NCBI RefSeq assembly: GCF_001194135.2
Contig: NC_068984.1
Span: 39,992,353-40,056,352 of the forward strand
Direction of reading: 5' to 3'
Source of the DNA: Octopus bimaculoides
Taxonomy: Eukaryota
DNA length: 64,000 nt
The notes below the pieces were generated by a model. That model did not search any database, was not told the origin of the DNA, and saw nothing but the letters and a program-made list of their open reading frames with translations. The translations under genes and the position numbers were made by a program. Below are positions 49,801 to 60,586 of this stretch, in pieces. Numbering within the stretch: the stretch's first letter is position 1; each line of letters begins with the position of its first letter.

Positions 49801-52228
49801 GTTAAGTAAGAACATAATATTTATGAGTATATATTTAAAGTTGAAATATGCAATTACATAAATGGTTCAATCTTACTGGGCAATACCATGGGCATGTGTC
49901 TTCTAACATAATCTTGGTTTGACGAGTGTGTAGTGAATGGAATATGATACAAAAACTCATCTTACATATATATGTGTGTGTGTATGTATAAGTAATGTGT
50001 CATACATAAAACTTCCAGCCCTCAAGTCACTTTGTAACTTTCTGGCAATTAAAAAAATAAAGAAATATCATCATCATCGTCGTTTAATGTCCGCTTTCCA
50101 TGCTAGCATGGGTTGGACGATTTGACTGAGGACTGGTGAAACCAGATGGCTACACCAGGCTCCAATCTGATTTGGCAGAGTTTCTACGGCTGGATGCCCT
50201 TCCTAACGCCAACCACTCAGAGAGTGTAGTGGGTGCTTTTACGTGTCAGACACACATATTTATATATATTATTATTATATACTCTAGAGCACATCTATAG
50301 ACGATAGATTTCATCCAATATTTCATAAGTAAAACAGAATTAAACACTGGACAGTCACAAACAACTGTCTTGTGAAATAAACTTCCTGTAGACATAAACA
50401 AAGAGTGATTAACTGGGCTGGTTTTCATCCTATATTAGGATTTTATCAGCAACTGAATACTCACCTGTTACTGTCTACAGAGACACTGTATATATAGCCA
50501 TTATTAAGAGTTTAAAGAATGAATAAAATAATTTGCATAAATAATACACTTTGACCGAATGTTATGATAAATTACCTGTGTACCAACTGTATTATGTTTT
50601 AATAGTATGACTTGCAATTACATATATATATATATTTATATATATCGTTTGTTTTTGAAAAACATAAATATGAAGAAGAAGCCTACTCTAAGAAGTCGAG
50701 CAGCCTATATTTATTACTGGCGAACGCCGGTTATAGGATTACCCTGGGTTTCTCGCCATAAAGGGTACCTTTATTGTATATCTTCAGACCCAAGATAGGC
50801 CAACAGGTCTTAGGGTCTGAAGATACACCATAAAGGTACCCTTTATGATGAGAAACCCAGGGTAACCCTATAAACCAACCTTCACCAGTAATATATATAT
50901 ATATATATATATACTAGCAGAAATACCCGGCTTTGCCCGGGTTAAAGAGAATAATGAAATCTAAAAACGCCGTCTAGACTACGCAACCCTCAACTGTTAG
51001 TAGCTATGGTACCATATTTCTACATTAATAACTCTCCAATCCATGCCAGCATGGAACATAGACATTAAGTGGAATGCCNNNNNNNNNNNNNNNNNNNNNN
51101 NNNNNNNNNNNNNNNNNNNNNNNNNNNNNNNNNNNNNNNNNNNNNNNNNNNNNNNNNNNNNNNNNNNNNNNNNNNNNNNNNNNNNNNNNNNNNNNNNNNN
51201 NNNNNNNNNNNNNNNNNNNNNNNNNNNNNNNNNNNNNNNNNNNNNNNNNNNNNNNNNNNNNNNNNNNNNNNNNNNNNNNNNNNNNNNNNNNNNNNNNNNN
51301 NNNNNNNNNNNNNNNNNNNNNNNNNNNNNNNNNNNNNNNNNNNNNNNNNNNNNNNNNNNNNNNNNNNNNNNNNNNNNNNNNNNNNNNNNNNNNNNNNNNN
51401 NNNNNNNNNNNNNNNNNNNNNNNNNNNNNNNNNNNNNNNNNNNNNNNNNNNNNNNNNNNNNNNNNNNNNNNNNNNNNNNNNNNNNNNNNNNNNNNNNNNN
51501 NNNNNNNNNNNNNNNNNNNNNNNNNNNNNNNNNNNNNNNNNNNNNNNNNNNNNNNNNNNNNNNNNNNNNNNNNNNNNNNNNNNNNNNNNNNNNNNNNNNN
51601 NNNNNNNNNNNNNNNNNNNNNNNNNNNNNNNNNNNNNNNNNNNNNNNNNNNNNNNNNNNNNNNNNNNNNNNNNNNNNNNNNNNNNNNNNNNNNNNNNNNN
51701 NNNNNNNNNNNNNNNNNNNNNNNNNNNNNNNNNNNNNNNNNNNNNNNNNNNNNNNNNNNNNNNNNNNNNNNNNNNNNNNNNNNNNNNNNNNNNNNNNNNN
51801 NNNNNNNNNNNNNNNNNNNNNNNNNNNNNNNNNNNNNNNNNNNNNNNNNNNNNNNNNNNNNNNNNNNNNNNNNNNNNNNNNNNNNNNNNNNNNNNNNNNN
51901 NNNNNNNNNNNNNNNNNNNNNNNNNNNNNNNNNNNNNNNNNNNNNNATTTGCTTCACCATATACCGAAGTTCAGAAATAGCAGCTAAAAAAGCTGAGACT
52001 CCATATCTGTTGGAGTCTCAGCTTTTTTAGCTGCTATTTCTGAACTTCGGTATATGGTGAAGCAAATGCTTGCTGATCCCTTAATTATGTTTATAAATGT
52101 ATGGGAACTTTTAAATAAGTTCTCCACCGATAATGGTGCTTACATACCGAAGGGCTTGGTAAAAATTATTAATTGTTGATTTATTAATAAATTAATAAAT
52201 TGATAAATCTTTACCCTTTTAATTTGTA

Positions 52229-52263
<35 letters not shown>

Positions 52264-55200
52264 TATATACATATATAATGTATACATACACAGGTATACA
52301 TACTCACACACACACATAGCATAATACAATAATGGTTTTAAATTTTGGCACAAGGCCAGCAATTATAGGGGGAGGGGACTAGCTAGTTATATTGATGCCA
52401 GTGCTCAAATAGTAGTTATTTTATCAAACTTGAAAGGATGAATGGTGAAGTTGACCTTGGCAGTATTTCAACCGAGAATGTAAAGAGCCTGAAGAAAATG
52501 TTGGAGAGTAATTTGTCTGATATGCTAGTTGTAGAACAATAATAGGCTTGGGTATAGGTTTCCAACAAGCCAATCATTGAGTTACAGCATTTCCAACAAT
52601 GAGTGAGTGATAGGGAGTTGTCTATAACTTGAGACAGAAAAACTATCACAGGAGATATTTTTTCCATAAAGTATCACTTTCTTAGGATCCTTAATTATGT
52701 TTCATGCTTAGCTGATAATCAATCTTTAATTATGTATGTGTGTATACATACTATCACACAACCATGCCTGTGCATGGCTGTGTAGTACGAAGTTTGGGCA
52801 CTATCATGGTATTAGCTGTCAGAAGCGAAAGTAGAAAAATCTAAACAAGGAATGTTACTGTTGGTTTGAGTTGAAATCTGTTTCTTTGGCTACTGACTGG
52901 CCAGAGCTATCTATCTATCTATCTATCTATCTATCTGTCTATCACTCGTCCACCTTCGTTTGTTTCCGTAGAATTTATCAAATTAGAAAAAAAAAACTTT
53001 TTGGCTACTTCCATCATGCTAGCTCCACACGAGGGGCATATTTTTGGGGTATTTAAAAGTCCATGTCTCTTAAGCCAATTAATACTATTTTCTGTTGTGG
53101 CGATGGCAATATCGCGGTGATTAATTCCAACTTTGGATTACGCGTTGTGGTGGTGGTGGTCATTGGTNNNNNNNNNNNNNNNNNNNNNNNNNNNNNNNNN
53201 NNNNNNNNNNNNNNNNNNNNNNNNNNNNNNNNNNNNNNNNNNNNNNNNNNNNNNNNNNNNNNNNNNNNNNNNNNNNNNNNNNNNNNNNNNNNNNNNNNNN
53301 NNNNNNNNNNNNNNNNNNNNNNNNNNNNNNNNNNNNNNNNNNNNNNNNNNNNNNNNNNNNNNNNNNNNNNNNNNNNNNNNNNNNNNNNNNNNNNNNNNNN
53401 NNNNNNNNNNTATAAAGTTTAAACTGAACATGAAATGAAATATATTTATTTATAAAGTTTAAACTGAATTTCATTTGTTTAAATTCTACGGAAACTCATT
53501 TTCTAATTTGATAAATTCTACGGAAATGCATTTTCTAATTTGATAAATTCTACGGAAACAAACGAAGGTGGACGAGTGATAGATAGATAGATAGAGAGAG
53601 AGACAGAGAGAGACAGACAGACAGAAAGCTCCGGCCAGTCAGTAGCCAAAGAAACAGATTTCAACTCAAACCAGCAGTAACATTTCTTGTTTGGATTTTT
53701 CTACTTTCATTTCTGACAGCTAATACCATGACAGTGCCGAAGTTTGTTTCTTAACTACATGATTCAGAGTTCAATCACACTGTGTGCCACTTTGGGCAGG
53801 TTTCTTCTACAATTGCCCAAGGCTGATCAGAGTCTTGTTAATATATTTCATAAATGGAAATTAGAAGAATCTTGTTGTATGTATGTATATATGAATGGGT
53901 GTGTATAAGTGTTATTGTTTTCTTGCTATGGTATCATGAGATAGTTGTAGATGAGTGTCACCGTCACGGAGGCGGTGTCCTTCATTTCCAATCTTCCGTG
54001 AAAACATGTCTTGTCTTGAGGAAATATTACCTTATTTGGAAACAGGTGAAGGTTGGCGACAAGAACATCGGGCCGTAGGAAATTTGCCGCGAAAATTCAT
54101 CATCATTTGTCCAATCCATGCCAGCATGGTAAACGGAGGTCAAATGATTATATATATATATGTATATTTTTTAAGAAGTTAAAAGTTGTCATAGACTGAC
54201 TATTGGTTTCGCACCTATAAAGCGCTTAGCAAGGCGACTCGTCAGACTCAAATATATATATATATATACATACACACGTCTTATGATATTTGCTCTGCAC
54301 CGAGTTATAGATAACCCCTTATAAGTCACATCGTTCGGAAATGCAGCGAATAAACGATTGGTTCGTCGGAAACACGGAACCAATGCTATTATTGTTCAAC
54401 AGTTACGATATTTAGTTTTTTCTGTTTCTTTGTATTTAAATGTTATAATCAGTTGGTTTAAAATAAAACATTCCTCCAAATTTAATATTCACTCCGTTCA
54501 TATTGTGGAAAAAAAAAATCAATTTAAATGAAAGAATAGACATTACTTTATTAAAGTTGTCAAAACTTCTTGACTTTCATATTTTTTGATGGAGCAGGCC
54601 AATAATGATTAAATACATTCAAGTCATGATCATTTCGTTTATTTCCCCCCTGTGAAACCGGGAACCTAGGACTACATAATCCAGTTTGTGATTTGAGGGA
54701 AATGTCGCTACTATTTCTAGCAGGTCGAGCCACCACATAATGGTATTCAGTGCGAATGAATCATAACAGTTCTAAAGAATTCAAAGACGAAACTATTTCC
54801 AAATTTAAACGGCAACAAATTAATGTGTGGGTAACATAGTAAATTGTTGAATTAACGGAAATTATTTAGAAAGAGAATAATTAATATAAAAAAAAAGAAG
54901 AGAAAAACTAGGTAGTGTTGCTGTTATATTTTTGAGTAAATCAGGTCAGGTCATCAACTTCATGGAATGCACATAAGGTGATGGAATGGTAGAGAGGTAA
55001 GGCGTAGGTCCAAATGCTTTAAAGCATTTCGTTTCGCCTCAAAGTCCTGAATATAAACTCTCTGGAACGTGGGAGGGTCGATACAAGGGTAAATTTTGGT
55101 GAGGTGGTAAAAATTTACCGACAAAAATACCAGTTATAAACTAGGGTGTCCTACGTAACCTACTTTCTCTGCAAAAGTGTAGCTTCATATCAATGAATAA

Positions 55201-55536
55201 ATCATTATTAGGTAATAAACACTTGTCTGTGGAGTTATCAAAGGCCAAAAACAATGTTTATAAATATTAGAAAGATGAATAGTCATATATATATATATGT
55301 TTACACTAATAATTAATATTTATGGTGGTGAAAAAAAGGAGTACTAAATAGAAATAGAAACAATTGCAGTATGTTTATATACTATATATGCAATTTCAAT
55401 AATATTAAAATCAAAACAAAATCTTACATAGTCCCGGGACATCGTTGAGATCAGTGATAGATCGATCAACAAGATCAAGTTCAGGATTGTCATGTTCCTT
55501 GTTTTCATCGATAATCTTTTTAAGTTTGGATGACAT
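40808..55536 (-). CDS. RSU1: Ras suppressor protein 1 (LRR protein), 270 aa. Exons 55536-55428, 49743-49693, 47576-47509, 47259-47207, 44272-44154, 42537-42455, 42152-42038, 41297-41165, 40889-40808
   Basis: [27 protein letters not shown]...[12 protein letters not shown]...[19 protein letters not shown]...[11 protein letters not shown]...LSLRDNDL...[26 protein letters not shown]...LYGRH. 813 nt in frame, all GT-AG, recognisably collinear with human RSU1. Confidence 0.96.
50713..50892. repeat. About 180-bp near-perfect palindrome (hairpin MITE-like, TA-flanked)
   Basis: TACTGG...TTACCCTGGGTTTCTC...ATAAAGGGTACCTTTAT...TATCTTCAGACCC / GGGTCTGAAGATA...ATAAAGGTACCCTTTAT...GAGAAACCCAGGGTAA...CCAGTA. 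Confidence 0.85.
50912..51000 (+). mobile_element. 5' end of a Helitron/Helentron-like non-autonomous element inserted after (TA)n
   Basis: tactagcagaaatacccggctttgcccgggtt with a CCCGG/CCGGG sub-terminal hairpin. Confidence 0.4.
51947..52067. repeat. Perfect 57-bp inverted repeat with a 7-nt loop at a gap edge
   Basis: 51947-52003 is the exact reverse complement of 52011-52067. Confidence 0.9.
52797..53738. mobile_element. Non-autonomous DNA transposon with about 200-bp TIRs and an 8-bp TSD, inserted in a family-A SINE
   Basis: GAAGTTTG|GGCACTATCATGGTATTAGCTGTCAGAA...TTCTGACAGCTAATACCATGACAGTGCC|GAAGTTTG; the SINE sequence resumes after the second TSD. Confidence 0.85.
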
Positions 55537-58520
55537 TTTAATTCTTATTAGTTCTGTATTCTTGCTAATAGACAGCCGAATCGACAGTAGTATGTACAAC
55601 CAATCCCAGCGACTGGCACGGCCTTACCATTGATGGGCATAGCGGAAGTTGGCCAGCAACAAGTATTTAAACATTCTCACAATCCTCCTACTCTCTTTCC
55701 TTACATTCCCTTGCCTCATCAGCTCTCTCTCTCTCTCATTTATTTTTTACTATCTCATCTTTTCACACTTCTGTATTTGTCAGACTTGGAAGGGAAACAT
55801 TGAATTCATAAATTTGTGTCACAGGTTTTTCGTAGTTTATGTAATTCCATATATATGAAGAAACTTAATTTTATATTATATATATATAAATGCTACTAAT
55901 CTTTCTCCATTATATTATATATTCACAGATTTAGTGTTGACTATTGACTTTCGGAAGACAGACATCTTACGAAAAATTAATAAAATTATTTTGGTCGAGT
56001 CAGTCTCTTGCTTCTCTGGAATTTCGCCTCTATATTCATAGTCATCCAAGCAATTAAACAAGAACTTTATCTATCTTCCCCTCTCTCTGAAAGCTAAAAA
56101 CACCAACGGAAAAGAAAATAAAAGAAGGGAGATAATTCCGTTAAGATCAGTTGATCAACATTTTTTGATAGTATAGATAATGTATGTTGGAGTAGATCTA
56201 ATCTTGAGAGTCAACTGGTGAAAATAATGGTGCGTTTTGGTGTTGAGCTTATCAGCGAAGTGTATTCTCTGTTAGTAAGATCAAGAGCGATCAATGAGTA
56301 TAGAAATAAAGGGAATGCAGTGATCGTGATTATGAATATCAACAATATGGGTGGGAGAAATACATTGATGGAGCTTTCCGCATAATAAATACAAATACAG
56401 TAGGGTCTCCTACACATATGTTTGAAATGGTTCAACTGAGAAGGATCAAAATCTAAAAACTATAGCGTCATTACAAACACGCACGCACGCGCGTACACAC
56501 ACACACGGTGATGACTCTTAGCGTACCAAATGAGGATATTTTGCTGAAGAAGTTTAATATTATCGAAACATGTCTATAGTTTTCACCGGTTGGCTTTAAA
56601 GAATAGATCTGCTTCACTCTACCTCAATTGTCCTACAATTTCGATCTATTGATCTTAATCTCATACTGAGAGGTTTTAAATTTCAAACAATTCTTATTTA
56701 GAAATTGCATGGATTATCTTAGCTGATCAGAGTTTTTCGATTCATTAAGTATATTACATCGGATTTTGACCTGGATAGATTACAATAAAATGGTTAAACT
56801 TTTCTTTTAGATCTTAGTCAAATGGATATGCTGAAATAAAATAAAATGAATGATTAGAAGATGAAATGGTTTCATTTTCTTCTTTGATAATTGCTCTTCA
56901 TTATTATATAATACATATATTTTTAATTACAGTCGATAAATTAGCAATTATATTTTACACAAAGTGATGAGTAAAAAAAACTCTTGTTCTTATTTTCAAA
57001 TCATTCATTAATTTATCCGATTATTTCTTACTAGATATATTTTGTCTAGATAGAACAAGAAATAAACACTTAAGATACACACGAATTTACACACACGCTC
57101 ATACAGCAAACTATCTATCTATCTATCTGTGTGTGTGTGTGTGTGTTTAAGTAAGTATAGTAACCTGCTTTAAACTAAATATAAAAATGTATGTGTAGAC
57201 AAAATGAATGTGACGTCATGTCTGATATGTAGGTGAACAAAAAGTCTAAAAAGTATCTTCGTATTGGCAGGGAAAAAAAAAGGATTAGTTGATGACTAAT
57301 ATCCTCATCATTCAACACGAAAGACAACTCCATACATTTCGCTAAAGAATGTAAAATACGCCGGGCGTTGTCTTCTATATTTGCAAATGAAAATTATATT
57401 GGTCATTTGCTTATATGGTGGATTGGCAGAATTGATAGAGTCGCGTGCGAAATATCACGCAGTATTTGGTTGCGCTAATATGCGTTACGAGTTCATATCC
57501 TGCATGAGTGCTTATAATTTTCTTTCTGGGTGATAAAATAACGTCGAAGTACAGAGGTTGTTATAATCTACGATACCTATTGCCAGAATGAATATTTTAT
57601 ACTTGCTTTCTCATATTTTAATAATTAAATAGGTTTTCATTTAACATGACTTCTCTAAATAAAGAAAGTGATTTTTTATAGATTAAATATCCCAATCTTT
57701 GCTGGCTGTTCAGGAAAAATTAGTAGAATTTAAATTTAAACTGGCTAAAGAATAAAATAGCTGGACACCTAGTTTAGAATGAATCCAAACGGAAAGAACT
57801 AAAGGTATCTCCTGTACTGAGTCTCGAACTATAAAATATGAAAAGTATATTTCTGTCAAGTGATAAAATATTGCCTATCTGTATATCAATGTGCGTATAT
57901 ATATATCTGTAAAAGTTTCAATAATTATACTGGAAAATAAATTCCTAAACATAACTAATCTCTTCCTGAGCCTTCAAAGCCTGCAGTAATTTGACTTCTC
58001 TATGATCTTAAATGGGTTTTGACTTAACAATTGACAACTACCAGTTGATTGTAATTTTGCTGCCTTTATTCCCCTGGTGAGCGATGATCAAAGAGATGCG
58101 TGATCGAATGCATCCTAGTTGTGACCATGCTGTGTTTTCTCTATGTTAACCCAGTACACACTAACGTGCCCTTCTTTGAGGCGGTAGATTATGAACTGAG
58201 GAAGATTTGGTTTCTATTTTTAACAGGTCAAGTAACCACATAGTGGACACCCTCGTTGGCTGAAAAAGGAATATATATATTCAGTTTGAAGCGAAGAAGC
58301 TGCATCCTTCACTAGCTTTTGATTTAGCTAAATAGAATGGTAAATTTTCGATGCGAGAATTCTACTTAGAACATTACTTAAATGAAAGTTGATATTGAAT
58401 TTATATTTTGAAGTCTGCCTCTTCTGACAATTTTGCATTTTCCGTTGGACAATTTACGCTGTACACCGTTTGACATGCGCAGTGACATATTGCTCTCTGG
58501 ATTTACTAATTTCTGCCAAA

Positions 58521-60554
58521 ATGTCTACACAAAGACAAGTCGATATTTCTACATTACCTTTACCTCAATTAAATCAGTTGTCTCAACAGTTAGACCAGGT
58601 AACGGCTTTGATAACATCTTGGAATGGTTGTTTATAACAGTTATTGTTTGACTGACAGTTTTTGTTTTTAATGAAAGAGTCGAATTTAATTTCCTGATCC
58701 GTCATTGTAGATACCTACAAATAAAATTTTAATTTTTCTGAAAGAACATTTGAATATATTAAAACAACTTTACTTGATAAATACTTATATAATTTATTCA
58801 TCAATAGCTTATGAAAAACCTGCTTAAATTTGGCAGTGTTGTTTTTCGTAAAGCAATTTCAATCTCGATGGCTATGAGTTATTTACCTCGCTGGATTTTG
58901 TGATATTTCATGAAACATAATAGAATATTTAAGTTTTGAGTGATAGTGTTATTTAAATTACGCTGAAACGACTGTGGTGATATTCAGTTTTAAATATCTT
59001 GTCGGATGAATTAAATACTGTTCAATATCCATCTTAATTCTACAAAAGAAATGGAATGATTAAAACTGGACAATTTCATACAAACAGAATGGCAGTTTCT
59101 GTAAAATGTTTTTTTCCAATTTTCATAAAATCATAACAGGAGTAAGGCGAAGAATATTTCTCAATGTATATAAGGGTTCTAAATAAACTAATATCTGATC
59201 TAATTATTGGTTGAACTGAATATATGGGAAGAGTACAAAATGATCTAATTAATTATATGATGTTTATAAATGTAATTTATGAAAATGGTCTGCCAGTATC
59301 ATTTGTTCAAATTAACATCATAAAAATATCAGTTTTAATTAATTTTTATTGCAACCCATTGATTGATGCAGTCAGATTTGGTTCATTCAATTGCCATGAT
59401 CTTTTCTTTAACAATTCAAATTTCTATTTTTTGTTTAAATATCTCTTTAATCTTTTAATATTTCTGCATGATCCCATAGTAAGTTGTAATATAACGTAAT
59501 GAAATACAAGATATTTGTAATTTTTCTGAGATATTAATCTGCCCATGTTTGTAAATACTCTATGATCAGACGATCTAATTAAGATGTGCGTTTTAAATTG
59601 TTTCATTATCAAAACTCCTCAATATTTAGGTTGGGTAATATCACGAATTACTAGTACGTTAATAGTATTTTGTTTCAGTGCTATTCTCTACTATAGAGTA
59701 TATCTAAATTTCAGCTAGCACTCTATGAATGCGCCTTGTCTCTCATATACAATATCTTCGTGGACAAAAAAAGAGGAGTCAGCTGAAATAATTTCTTCAG
59801 TGATTGAGTACCTCCGTGGGGCGCTACATATACATCCAATATTACGAAGTAAATCAGGTAGATCGGCATATTTGGTAGCCTGTTTGATCAATACATTATT
59901 GGTGCATTTACAATATTTTGTTTCAGTGCTATATTACATTATATCTATAGATTTTAGCTAGCATTGTATGAAACGAACAAATGTAAGCATCTTGTTTTTA
60001 TATACAATATTTTCAGGGACAGAAAAAAAGGAGATCAGCTGAACTAGTTTCAATCCTAAACCCTTAATAATAGTGGAGTTATAAGCAGTGGGCAGTTGCT
60101 GATGAAATCCCAACAGAGGACTAAAACTATTCCTGCTGATTCCATTATTCATGTCCACAATAGTATACTTTATAGAGTATTTATGGCATACAGTCATAAA
60201 TATTATCTTGAGTGCAACTGGATGTTTAACGACAATGTCCAGAGAAAATAATTAGCTCTCTGTAACAATGCAATAAAAGTGTTCCCTGATCTGTTGTGGT
60301 TAAGCATCCAGTTGCACTTGGATCATCCAATGTAGAAGTTCCAAACAGTCACAACAGTGAAACGTATATAAGAACATGATATAAACTTAGGTTTATTTTA
60401 ATTTCTCCAACATTTGCTCTGTATATCATAACCTGTAGTACTATTAAGTATAGTAGTTAACCACGGTACTGAAAACAGGGTGGATGATGATAATCTATAT
60501 GGAGCTCTAAACTTAACAGTAAGGTCATACATCTATTTGTATACGAAAGGTAGG

Positions 60555-60586
<32 letters not shown>

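Noticed and set aside
55537-55599. 21-codon N-terminal extension of RSU1 in the ORF track
   Set aside because: It starts at TTG, not ATG, and homology begins at the ATG at 55536, which has a good context.
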